64,000 nt of DNA from Bigelowiella natans CCMP2755 (lineage: Eukaryota > Protista > Cercozoa). Position 1 is the stretch's first letter; each line of letters starts with the position of its first letter. A model generated the notes under the pieces. That model was given only the letters and a program-made list of their open reading frames with translations, ran no database searches and was not told the DNA's origin. The stretch spans positions 36,769 through 100,768 of the forward strand of contig ADNK01000461.1 of NCBI GenBank assembly GCA_000320545.1. Direction: 5' to 3'. The position numbers and the translations under genes were made by a program. This document shows, one piece after another, positions 49,011 through 61,758 of this stretch.

Positions 49011-50538
49011 TCAACTGCACACAACCACGCACATCCACCACTGCATATGCTGTCTACTACTACTACTACTACTACTACTACCTCTTTTTCTTCCACATAA
49101 TATCATCATTCTCTTTCTATAGATGCCAGCTTAACAAGAGGCTATGGCCCCCTATATCATCAAAGGCTGCAGGCCAGGTATCACTACTAACATACTACTA
49201 TCACGTAGCATTGCAAAAGTAGTAACATAAATCTAACAAGTTGCTCAATCTCCTATTCTCCCATGTATTGGTTGGTGGGTAAGCTCCTATCTTAGAATGA
49301 ATAAATGACTTCTTTCTTCCGATTTACCTTTCTCTTTCTCTCAATTATATATTATTATCCCCCTCCCCCCCCTCACCTGACCACAGGCAAAAAGAGCAGA
49401 TAAAGGGAGACCGTGGAGCACGGACCACGAAGCTGCCATAATCCATCATTTAACGCAAATATGCAGGTGGTGATATGCCATGTAGAATGGCAATACCTTT
49501 GTATATACAACGTAAAAAAGGAGAAGAATTGGAATTGGCAATTATTTACATATTCTCAATAGATTTGATCTGACTTTTCTACGTCAGTGCGACGATTATG
49601 CAACTGCTAGTTATAGTAGCGAATGATACTAGTATTCAGAAACTCCTCCAGATCTTCTATTACGATTTGAAAGATCCTTCTCTTTTGTTAGATTGGTACC
49701 TTGGAGGAAAACAGATGGTTATATTGAGAAGAAGACTCGGCTGCTCAGTTGTTCGAAAAACCACCAGCACCACCACCACCACCAGCAGCAGCAGCAGCAA
49801 AGGACAAGGAACACTAATAAGATAGTGACATCGATGATGAAGAAGAAGAAGAAGAAGAAGGCCAAGACTGCTGCTGCTGCTGCTGCTGATGATGATGATG
49901 ATGAAGGTGTGCTTGATAGTAATAATAGTAAGAGTGCCATCATCGAGGATGACGGTGACGAGAAGGAGGACAATAAGGGGGGCATGGAGAGCATCATCGA
50001 CTTCAATCTCCTATCCCGACTTACTTGGCAGGTGGTCACAATATTAATATGTTTTAGCAGCACTCTTCTTGCTCATCACCACATCTATATGTCTCTTCAG
50101 CTCTTCTGCCTGATCTCATCCCCATCTTCTTTTGTTTCTGTGATGATGATGATATACAGGGTGAGGGAGGGGCGTGGGTTGAGGCGGAGGAAAAGGGCTT
50201 GCGACGTAAGGATTTCACGCTAATTATCATGTTCATCCCCCTCCTCCATCCTCCTCCTCATCATTATCGTCATTATAAATTGGTGTATCTTCGTTGTCTT
50301 CCTCATCGTCCTTACATCACACACTACGACGACGGATAATGGCAGAAATAGTGCAAGAGTCGTTATCGTACTGTCGTCACTTCGATGTGCTAACCAAGCC
50401 TCACATCTGTTCCCTGGTCAAATCTCTCAGGTGGTTGGTGTTTGTCTTTGCGATGACGATGATGATGATGATGATTGTGCATGCAACAATTAGCGTGCTA
50501 CTTCTTTAAGTGCCTATATATTTCTGTTTATGTATAAT

Positions 50539-50576
<38 letters not shown>

Positions 50577-51967
50577 TATTTTTATTTGTGTGTGTGCCTA
50601 AAATCATCCACCACCACTTTTCAGGTGTCTCACAAACAGCAGCAGCTTCCTCTCCCTGCTTCAACGCTATCCCCCCCCCAAGATCCAACAACAGTCGGAG
50701 AATCATCATCTGCAGGGGGGGGTGGAGAAGAAGTTACTACCGGATAGTACTCCTCACCTTCACCACTTAACGCACCATAACACTCCTACAATGGGGAGGG
50801 CATCTATGGACGTAGGCAGCACTACCACCACCAGCAGCACCTTCTCTATTAGTAACAGAGGGAGGGGGGGAGGAGGGCACAGCTTCCACCATCATCATAA
50901 TCATCAGAAACGCCTCCTTTTTGTCCGGGCGGAGAACGTTTTAACTAAACTTGCTGATCTGGTATATGCACTTGTACACACACACATACACACATACACA
51001 AATACACACATACACGCATAATTTGACTAACGAAGAAGCGCAGCAGCCACATTGATAACCTCGTCTTATCATATGTCAGGATTTTTCACTTCATTTTTGC
51101 GTTGGGTCTCTTTTGCTTTTTCTTCTTCTTTTTCTTTCTCCTTGGCAGATGGCAGGGTTTGGACGTATGCACAAAAGTGCTGAACCTTGCAAGACAGCAA
51201 GCACCATCATCAAGGTAGTAATAAGATGGCCATGCTGAGAGAAGAAGGAACATGAAAATTTGAAAGAGATCTGGAAGATACATTCAGTCGTTTACATGGA
51301 GTTGTTTATGATTTTTTTATAGATGTACTACTACTACTACTACTACTACTACCACTACATGCCTTGTATATTTAGTGGAGAGTAAGTGGCAGTGTGTGTG
51401 CTCATGTACTCCTCTTTATTCGCATCATCATCCTCCTTATACATAGATCGAAGCACTGAAAATGAGGCGACGATTACATCTCTTGGAACTACCACAGGAT
51501 GTTTGGCACATCTACACGCATAAACACACACACACACACACACACACACAATAATGCTTCATAATATAAATATGTAAATATATCAATATATAAATATTAA
51601 TGTGTGTGTGTTATGTCTTATCACAAAGGTACGAGACGTGCGTTCAGAGCCCTCAGGCCTACTGAATGATGTGGAAGAAAAGCTCCTTAAGGAAGCTTGG
51701 AGTGGTCTCATCCGTCTTGCTGGAGGAGAGAGAAGTCTTTCCGCAACAAACAGCAGTAGCAGAATAAGCACACATTCACCACAGCCCTCTCCCCCTTTGC
51801 AGAAGCTGCGTGACAAGGGTGGCAGAAGCATTAAGAGCAAGCCCCTCAATAGCAGCAGTAGTAGCAGCAAAACCACTAATAGACCGAATAGAAACACGAA
51901 TAAGAGGAGCAGGGGGGGCGTAATGAAGAGCGGCGGTGCAGTAGCTGGAAGAGATACTGTTAGGTAG
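43975..51967 (+). CDS. Large multi-exon hypothetical gene (could be more than one gene)
   Basis: Many short AG/GT-bounded open exons, e.g. LGDTEMNDVCIAILDPKGSFCSKELDLPHQRLLPPCTWITPIVE, LSPYMMLTSQDLAEALKDLANENDLEILRAGERIQVEVVRVVDTIRD, DFNLLSRLTWQ|GEGGAWVEAEEKGL. Last exon VRDVRSEPSGLLNDVEEKLLKEAWSGL...DTVR*. No family recognised. Confidence 0.55.
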
Positions 51968-51989
51968 CAGGTGAAAATCGTATTAAGTT

Positions 51990-52300
51990 TTCTTACAACA
52001 TGTCAATCATATAGCAACAGAGCAGTGCTGTGTGTATTCTAGTATTCTTAATGCTGCGTTCATCCATGCTAGCATGTGCAGCGTATGCACGACGTGCTTA
52101 TCATCCGCGGTGTACGCTATATGTTGTTAGAGTAGTCCGTACGTCTAGTTAGCTAGACTTAAGCCGCATACCTTCTAAATTCCTAACATTTTACATGTGC
52201 ATGGTGCTAGCAATACATGTAGCTTGGTGCGTGTACACTACTAGACTCATACATCTAGACATCTCATCTCTACATCTATATAGATGTACTGCCAGCTAGC

Positions 52301-52342
<42 letters not shown>

Positions 52343-52570
52343 AGTACCATGGCTAGTCTAGTAGTATCGCATGGCTGCAACGAATACCACCTGCTAGCAT
52401 AACAGTCCCATGCACAAAATGTTACACATGTTCAGTATGAAGCACACACTAGCGCATTTGTTCTATTAGTGATGCTGTGTTTAGTGATGGCATTGCATGC
52501 TTGGATGTCGTCAGCTTTGTCATCTCAAAAATCATAGTGCGAAGTGCATCAGGTAAACTAGCTTATAAGC
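51990..52570. other. CTAG-rich intergenic tract
   Basis: About 13 CTAG in ~570 bp between convergent 3' ends. Confidence 0.72.
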
Positions 52571-52714
52571 GCTTCGCTCCTCAGCAACCATAAGGAGATT
52601 GACACGGAGCGAGCAGATGAATGATGGTATTTCAGCTCCCCATCGTCTTCATACTACAATCTCATCGAAGTGTGCCTCTTCTTGTTGCTGCTGCTACTGC
52701 TCTTCATTCAATAT

Positions 52715-54852
52715 TTATTTGTCTGTTGATGCTGCTGCTGCTGCTGCTGAGGGACCAAAAGTTTCGCTGAACACGTTTTCTTTATATTTCTCACTCAAGC
52801 CTTCACTGAGCATACGCATAAAGCCTTTTGGACCGCAAACATAAAAATGCGCTTTCTTACCACTTTCGATGCGTTTCTCTTGGAGCAGTTTCTGCAGCCC
52901 AGTAGGTACAAGGCGGCCAAAGCCGACAGTTTCTCCCTCCACCCTCTTGTAAGAGAATCTTCCGGAAGACGACAACAAGCCATCACTTTCATTTGACGAT
53001 GATGGCAATATCTTAGAGAACTGGGTATGTTGATGCACCTGCCCTCCAGCTCCACGGTATCTTGTAACCAACTCCTTAGCTTCCTTGTGCAGTGTGTGAG
53101 GGAGGTCCTCAGGTGTGCGTGAGCCGTATACCCATAGCACTCTCGGCATTGATTTCGATATCATTGTCTTTGATTCTGCTTTCACCACGAGGTCGCTGAG
53201 GATGGCAAGAACAGGAGTAATTCCTATCCCTGCTGAAATAAACACTATGTCATTAGGTGACTCTGCCATGCGAGTGTTATGATCGGAGACGAAGTGCTGA
53301 AGAACGAAGTGACCCTGCGGCTCTCTCGCCTGAATGATGCTTCCTTCCTTCACCTCGTCATGGAAGTAGGCTGATACCTTTCCCTTGGGGATTATACGCT
53401 TGATTGTTAGGCGATAATGATGCTCAGACGATCCGCTGATAGTGTATGTGCGATCAAGAGGCTTCTCGTTCGCACCTCGAGAATATGCATGGCTGGATGG
53501 GTTGACAAAGATTGGGAGGTACTGCCCCGGGATGACTGCAGGGAGAGGACGGCTCTTCTTTGAAGACGATCCCTCGCTAGTTGAACCCCCTTCCTTTCTT
53601 GCCTCCTTGTGCTTCGCATCACTTTCATTTTGGGATGATGGTGAGAGTGCCGCACGAATAAGGAAAAACGATTTGACGTCCTTTGATTCTTCAACTACTT
53701 TCGCTACTTGGAGATCGATGTAGTCGTGGCGTGGAAGCCATGACACAGATAATGCATCAGATCGTTCCACGATTTTCTTAACTTCAAATACAACCCAATT
53801 GAAAGATTCGGGGTAGCGCGCGGTTTCTTTGCTTATGGCAGATTTTTGAAGAGAAGATATTTTCTTCCGATCTTCTGCATCATCCGCCCACAAGATCTTT
53901 CCATTCCCTATCATTTGCAGCACTTTGCCACTTTGGAAATCCCCAAACCATAATCCTAACTTTCCATTCTCCTGTACGTTACTTAGAGATTTGAGCATCT
54001 GGTTACCAGGGAAATCCGGCCACATAATTGTGGAATTGTTAACGACTCTTACGAAGCCAGCAGGACCTCCTCGATGAGATGCGTCTACACCCGTCCGAGG
54101 ATGACCAGTGCCCATGAACATAGTTGTCGCGGAGCTCATCATATTTCGATGATCTTGCGAGAAGGTTGAGGAGACTGATGTCACCTTGGCCTCTCTGCGC
54201 TGATCCTGTGGTCGATAGTGCCATGTGCGTTCTGTGATATACTGAGGGCAGTTTCCGAACGAAACTATTGGGCTTGAGATCTGGATGTGCCCCGATTTCG
54301 AAACACCAACCACTCCATTTAATCTGTTTCGTCTTCGCGTGTGCATCTCTATTCCCAGCATGCCAATTGGGCGATGAGCCTTTATGTTCTTCCACACTGG
54401 ATCCCCGTGAGTAGCCAACTAGTGGATGAAAGAGGAAAACAAGATTAATGTGATGATGACGACTGGCTGTTGCTACCACTCAAGAAGAAGAAAAGATTCA
54501 AGCTCACCTCATCAATCCCTGTGAATGTCACATCGTTCGGAGTTGCAACCATCAACTGTCTCCCTGGCTTTGCTGTTGTGACGGAGGCCCAAATCTCTCC
54601 ATTGTCATCGATCGTGGCTAGCACCGTGAACGGGAGTTTGTTGTAGAACTCCTCATGCTGTTTTGGAATGAATGATCGGAAATAATGGGCATTCTCATCC
54701 TCTTTCTTTCCATAGTACCGCATCTGCATTTGGTAGGTAGTCTGGTGGAATACCCCCATCTTCTTGTGCACAAATTCTCCGAGTTTGTCCTTCCCTTTAC
54801 CTGGGTCGCTACTCGATGTTGTCTTCTTTGCAAGCGTTTCCATCGTTTCCAT
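52715..54852 (-). CDS. Pyridoxamine 5'-phosphate oxidase-like (tandem FMN-binding split barrel) fused to ferredoxin-NADP+ reductase-type FAD/NAD-binding module
   Basis: FIPKQHEEFYNKLPF..ATIDDNGEIWAS, GMLGIEMHTRRRNRLNG, SFGNCPQYI, VDASHRGGPAGFV...PDFPGN, then RTYTIS, FISAGIGITPVLAIL, YVCGPKGFM, SETFGP. One 89-nt GT-AG intron (54507-54419). An extra 5' exon cannot be excluded. Confidence 0.88.
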
Positions 54853-55354
54853 CGTCAATATCACAATCGAACAAGGTAGTGCTGCGTGTAGGTGTGAGTA
54901 TTATGTATCAGCTGCTTTCTTTCCAGCTTGGATTCTGAGGATGGAGCTATTTCGGGGAGGGGCAGGAAAGGATGGATGCTCGGTTGTAAGAAAGGAAGAA
55001 GACTGACAACAGAAACATAGGCAGATTCTACTCTGCGACATCTACTTACCATTCATTTTCCAACAATCTGGGTTCCGACTGCAAGAAAGGAAGAGGAGTC
55101 AGGGTTTTGACTAGTCTAGAGGATTACGAAAGAGTTGTCGCATGGTCAAAATCTTCGACATTACATACAAACCATGTGTTCCAGGAGAAGAATCCACTGA
55201 TCTCATGCTTCACTTTCCTGGAAAGAATTGAGAACTTTCTCCGAGAGGTATTTTTGCCTGCGACATGCAAAATATCATGTCGCATCCCGTAAATTTAAGT
55301 TTCTTTCCTCTGCCCGGGCGTAAATTTCTCGGAATGTGAAGGCCAAAATTCACA

Positions 55355-57837
55355 ATGGACGTCACAGGCACACTTGTGTGCACAAGGTAATTATTTATAT
55401 GTTTATTTGGAGAAAACGAGATTGACAATTCTTTTGTTACATTTTTTTAAATTTTAGATGTACGTTCAAAAACTTGGATGTGCTCAACTATTGTGAAATG
55501 TGCGATTTCGACCTCACGGAGATAAAGTCGCGTGAGAAGAGATGCCGAGAGGCTGAGGATGTCGCCCTTGCTAGAAAACTAAGCAACCTTCGCTCTGATG
55601 ACTCCAAAAGTGACCAAGAGGAGAATGATTTGGCTTTAGCACGAAAATTCAGCCAAATTAACTTAAAAAGTAGCCAAGAAGATAGTGATTTAGTTTTGGC
55701 CCGAAAACTAAGCAAAATTGATAGTTCCAATGACAAGAATGGAAACAGTAATGACCCCAAATTCCGTGAAGAGGACGACTTGGCCAGAGCCCTCGAAGCT
55801 AGCTTACTTGAAGATAATGAAAAAAAGGAAAGGGAACTGTCAAAAACAATCACTGTTGCAGTGGACTTTTCTAACCTTTCCAGCGAGTTCAAGGCGTTCG
55901 AATCGTTCTATTGCTCCTATTGTACCGAAGATAACGTTAAACTAGAATCGGCGGGAATTCGGCCAAGTTGTGGACATTCGATATGTGTCAAGTGTTTCCA
56001 AACGAGGGCCGAATTTTCTCTTCGAAGAAATCGGCGACTTTGCTGTCACATTCCTGAATGTAAAGCTCCAATATCCGGGAAGATAATTAAACAGCTTACT
56101 CAACATGATAAATTCCACTCTGCCCTAGTAACTAAAAGATTAACAAGAAAAATGAATCCTCCAAAGAAACCTGAAATCTCAAAAGTTGAACCAGGAGACA
56201 GGTAGAATGAGAGCATTTGGATGAGTAGCCCCCCCGTCGCTGAGGTATTTTACATCATCAATCAATCAGATTTGCGGTGGTCTGGTTCACGAAGAATGAA
56301 TCTGCTGATTCACCAGTTGATACTGTCATCATCCAGTCAACGTGTGGAAACGTAATATGAAAAACACACTTGCTGTGGCCTTATGTTGTGCTACGTGTAA
56401 AGGACAGGTCAAATTTAATATAGAATATCCAAACAGGTGATCATTCCAGACGCTCAAAGCCCCCAGATTGTTCCCAACCTGAACAATGATACAGAATATA
56501 GATTTGTTGCAGCTTCCCTCAATGATGAAGGAAGCTCTGGATTATCAGTGGCCTCGGATCCGGTTGCGAAGAATATTTGTCATTTTATACTAATTTCATA
56601 ACAGCGTTGATGTTTTTGGTGGTTCATATTTCCAAGGTATGTCCGTTTGAAAGCAAGTTGGGAGATCCCCGCTCCATGTTTAAATCTTTAACGAGCCTAA
56701 AAGACTTCGAGCCGCAAACTGTCGTTGACTTTCTAGCGAGAAACGAAGCTTCTTCGATGCTGTCGTTCCACATTTCCGACAATCATACCTCGAGAAACCT
56801 CCTGAAGAAAATAAACCAAGCTATAAAGAAGCGAGAGGTTAATCAACTGTGCTTTGAGTTTCATCAAGCAAGTAATAAGTAAAATTACTATGTTTTTACT
56901 TCTTTCAGGACATTAAGCTCTATGGTGGCCTTACGAGTAATAAAGCTGTGGAAGGAACGGAAATATGTGTGAATCCAGTCTTAGTCAAACAATTTATTCA
57001 GAAACAGGTAGTAGAGATCATCATCCGTCTATTTTGTGTATGTATGCAGTCGTTCCTCGTCGTCATGAAACAATGAGATAAACCTCAAATCGTCGTCATA
57101 AATTTGAAACAGGCGGAATTTCGGCGTAGGGGAATCCCTTGTAAAGCAACCTTCGCATTTCATGGGACGGCTGTCCAAAACATTAAGAGCATCTGCACCA
57201 CGAATCTCGACCCTGCTAGAGTTGGGAAAAATTCGGGGTGAGATTAATTGATTTACTCAACGGAAAACTTAGTAACATGGATCTGATGTGTTAAAAGGAA
57301 TCGGGGATACTACGGAGCTGGGGTGTATTTTGGTACAAAACACGTTCGTTGTAACCATAATACCTTCATCATGGCTCTTGTTCTTGAAGGCAAGCGAATC
57401 AAAGTTCCTTACAAAGTAGTAATTTGGATCAATACTCACTCGATTAGCGTTTCATCATCCTCATCATCGTGTTGACTTTGCTTTACCAGATCGGTGTGCC
57501 CTTGAGGAAAGGCTATCAGTCACATTATGGAGACAACAGGAGTTATGGCCGAGATGAGTTGGTTATTTTTGATAAGAACCAAATCATACCGATTGCTGTC
57601 ATACACACAAACAAAAATCAAAGGACTCTCCAAGACTACGATTTTGAGAACCCTTCGAAGAATATGAAGATTAGCCACCGAGTTCCCCCACCGCCTGTTC
57701 GGAAATTTGTTCCCCCACCTGTTAGAAAGGTCCGAATCGAACCTTCACTTCGCAAAGATAAACCAAAGCCTCAGAAACAATGGTCGTACGCCGACTTTTA
57801 TCGTAAAAAGTTTGGATCTGCTCGTTCCATCACGTAA
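55355..57837 (+). CDS. Multi-ubiquitin-binding (NZF, 3x MIU, UIM) + RBR-type RING + PARP-like ADP-ribosyltransferase
   Basis: Spliced LVCTR|CTFKNLDVLNYCEMC (NZF). EDVALARKL, ENDLALARKF, DSDLVLARKL (MIU-like). EEDDLARALEASL (UIM). CSYC..CGHSICVKC..CHIPEC (RING). AFHGT...ICTTNLD, YYGAGVYF, DELVIFDKNQIIP (H-Y-E ART triad). Confidence 0.82.
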
Positions 57838-57939
57838 GCAGCAACGTAGCACAGAAGCAGGCCTCAGCAATTGGGCCACTCAACTACTGTATATATTCAA
57901 TTACGAATTGTAAATATATAAAAAGAGAAATTGTGATGT

Positions 57940-58700
57940 AAATTCGTCTAAGAAATGGCACATATCTAGATGAGCGAAACAACAGTAGAAAATACGCCAG
58001 CGCGTATTTCTTGGGAATAAATTTACAATTGCAGGCGTTTCCATCTTTAATTATACTAGTATACCTTTAGCAAGTCTGCTAAATGATGCTAGGATGTGCA
58101 ACTAGTCGCCACTGTAGACACTATATGAGCTACAAGCTATACATATAGTTTACATATAGTATGAAATTTAGCTATATGCTGCAGATACATGCGCATGTCT
58201 TGATGTAGCATGGCAGCGCGCTAATCTCAATCTAGTCAATTGCGGCGCGGCGGCCTGTCTGCTGCGCGTGCGCTTTAGTATAGAACAGGCACAGAAATCT
58301 CTGCTACCCAGCTAGCCAGGCTAGCAGGCGCTACTCACGGTTATAACACTAGAATATCTAGACTAGTCAGTCGTAGATCGACACATCAACGCTATATAAC
58401 ATTAAGCTCTCCTCTCTTGCTAGCGAGCAACAACGCTAGAACGTGAACGTTTGACATACATGCTAGCATGAGCACGAAGCTAGGAAGGCTAGAAGGCGCG
58501 TGGGAAAGATTGCGCCTAAGAGCCGCATATGTACGCACAAGCTAGTAAGGTGTAATCAACAACGTGTTGATGCTGTCTAGCAGTGCAGATTTAGATACAC
58601 CAGCAAACTGCACATGTCTGCTAGATGAATGCCGCTACTATGATAAGATGTTTGTAGAAATTCATTACTAAATTTTGCTGTCATACTCTAAACTTTTTGT
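57940..58700. other. CTAG-rich intergenic tract (strongest in window)
   Basis: About 18 CTAG in ~740 bp by hand count, against ~3 at uniform tetramer frequency. Confidence 0.75.
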
Positions 58701-59109
58701 CTGCATGTAACTTCGAAGAGATATTTCCTTACATTTGTTCCGTGAATGAGAACGAATCTGCAAGGAATGTAACGATAGGTGAAGCACAACTGCGCTGACA
58801 CGTGCACCGCATGCATATATGTGCGGGTATGCATAGCGGGTGTATGGTCACAGGCCTAGCGCGTCTCGGCAAAAATCTGAAACATCATAATTGTGTTCTC
58901 CAGGCGCTTCATATTCTCATCCGTGTATGAATCAGCTTGTACCATGTCAAACGCCAACTAACAAGTAGTAGAGAGATGAATGAGTGAGGTAGTTTCACAC
59001 AACAGCTCTGTGTTTGTCGGTCATATCTCTTGCCGGCGAAAAATGATTGAGTGAGCGGAATATGGCATCTCTTTCTGATGCCAACTATGTAGAGTCAACA
59101 TCGGTGTGT

Positions 59110-59147
<38 letters not shown>

Positions 59148-59479
59148 GTGCGCGCGTTTTATGTGTGTTGTTGTGTCTGCAGCCTCATAACACGGCGCAT
59201 GAATACATCGAAGGTAACGTACAGAAAATGGCTCAATCAATTTATTCGAAATGCCATTTAGCATGCCCAGCACCGATAGTTTTTGGTAAACTTCCTGTTA
59301 TAATCAATCATTGTTTTGCTATTCTTAACAACATAAATTAATATGCTATCAATCTACAAATACTCTTACTTTCTCTCTCTTTCTTTCTCTTTGTATCCTT
59401 AACCCCCTATATCATTAACCACATAATACACTATGCACACATCCATAGCTCCATCAATTGTGTGTGCGTTTGTGTGTCC

Positions 59480-59896
59480 TATACCGCCGCTATTTCCAAA
59501 ATCCCATTTGGAGTTGTCTCGAAGTTAAGAAGATACTGACTCTGCAACAGAAAACATTTATTCGCAAACACACCAATACACACACGCACGCACACACACA
59601 CACACACATGAAATGAATCAAAAAATGCAGGATAAAAAGCAGTACCAACACGTTCCCACGATTACATACAACCCCCGATGATGTTTGATGTGATAAACAC
59701 AAGCGTTTTTTTGCAGACAATATTTTAGGTATAGCCTTGAATGTAAGTATGAGGGACTACCTGATCTCGTACGTTCAATGCAGCAGCATCAAGAAGAATC
59801 CCCCCCATCATCACGTCATAAGAGAGCAGCTGTGGGGCGAAGAAACCGTGCTTCTCATGGCTATTTGAATATCATTCGGATGGAAGATATTATTTT

Positions 59897-59937
<41 letters not shown>

Positions 59938-60006
59938 TAGAGTGTTTATGCGTGTACGTACGTCGGTGAGTGTGTGTCTTTTCTGTGCGTGTATTATTCG
60001 TAAATA

Positions 60007-60043
<37 letters not shown>

Positions 60044-61383
60044 CACGATGATGATGACGAAGAGCATGGGTGCTTGTTACTACTTACAGATTCTGCATTG
60101 TCCTCGATACTTGAAACAAAGTAAATCCAATCTCTCTCAGGATGTATTCGGCCCAACATGACAACGAAACTGCTGGCAGTGGATGTGCTATAACATCTCC
60201 TCCTCCTCCTCCTTCTTTTCCTCCTTCTAGAGGTAAAGCTCCGTAGGCGTTGTCCAACTCTCTCCCCAGGATTCTCCCCCCCCCTGCTACCATATTTTCC
60301 TGGATGGCACTATCATCTCTGCATTTGACGTTGTTGTTGTTGTTGGTGTTGTTGCGAGGGCCGTAGCGAGCAATATCCTTTGTAACGATTTTGCTCCAAT
60401 TCCAAAAGAGAGCGGAGAAGGGCGACGAGCAACAAAGGAGGGAGGAGAAAGAGGACGAGGGTGATGATGCTCCTTGCTCCGACACATTCTCTTTTCTTTT
60501 CCTTCTTCCTCTCTCTCTTACGAAGAGAGTAGTGCTGTTTGACGAATTAAGAAGGCGCTCTTGGTAGAGGTTCTCCGGGTGAAAGAGCAAGAATGGATAT
60601 CTGCAGGGAAGGGGGAGAAGGAGGAGGAGGAGGAGGGATGTGTAGTGGTGATGACAATGATATAGCGAAGAACGACATGAGTAACGATGATGATGACGAG
60701 CAATGATGGCGGTTGAGAGGTGAGGTATACTACTGTTTGTTGCAGTTATACATAGCAGAAAAGCAGAATGATCTAAGAGTAGTTGAGTCAATTCAGAGAT
60801 TCTTTTCCTTTGAAGAGATCATCCATAGTAAACATCTTAACCCTCATCGATGTTCTCAATCAAACCGCATCGTCGTTGTTTATAGAGCTATTACATTCCG
60901 GATTATCATTCATTATCATTATTAGTTCCATCGCAACATACTGTGAGCTCTGTTCATCCGGAAATTCAGCCGCCGCATGGCGGACAGCCCTTCGCAATAT
61001 ATCAAGGCTCTGGGAGGAGGAGGAGTGGGAAAACGAAGAACAATTACTTCATATCGGTGAAGAATCGTCTTTTTCCCAGGGGGTGATGGGGTGGTGGCGT
61101 CATATGTAGCATACGCTATTTGTGCACAGAATTTTCTCAAATCTGTCCTCTACAACTTTCTTGTAACTCAAGCCCACAACAAAAGAAGATAAGGAACATA
61201 GCGCAACAAGCAACCAACCTCTTCAATGAACTGTGCTAAGGAAATGGAGGGCACAACTCTTTCAACGAAGCACGGCCAGCCATTGTAGCTGCTCAATCGT
61301 CCATATCTGCAGTATGAAATGTGTGTGTGTGTGTGTGTGTGATGTTCCATCGTTCAATGGCATATTAGTAATGTATATTACAC

Positions 61384-61440
<57 letters not shown>

Positions 61441-61720
61441 AGGCGGGGGGCAGGAAGAATACGAAAGAGGAGCAGAAGAAGAAGAAGAAGAAGAAGAAGA
61501 AGAAGAAGAAGAAAAAGGGGGAAGAAGAAGAACCAAAGTTGCTATAGTAGCAGTGCAGCATACCTCTGATCAAGGCTCACAAATCCTCCTCCTCCTCCTC
61601 CTCCTTCTCCTTCTCCACCACCTCCTATCTTCCTCAAAAAGGCATGTTCCATGTCACGCATCATCCACAGAAGGTCAGAGATATGCCTACAAGTAGTAAA
61701 CAAAGGCAATGGCTGCTTAC

Positions 61721-61758
<38 letters not shown>

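Larger units (their letters stand above)
28000..52000. repeat. Microsatellite-saturated domain (introns filled with (AT)n, (GT)n, (GA)n, (GAT)n, (GTA)n, (GAA)n, (GCT)n, (GTT)n)
   Basis: Many pure di- and trinucleotide runs. The same texture recurs at ~12.7-13.8 kb and 59-64 kb. Confidence 0.95.

Noticed and set aside
31280-51549. Numerous 60-150 aa ORFs made of poly-S/L/Y/H/ER/CV runs
   Set aside because: Translations of intronic microsatellites.
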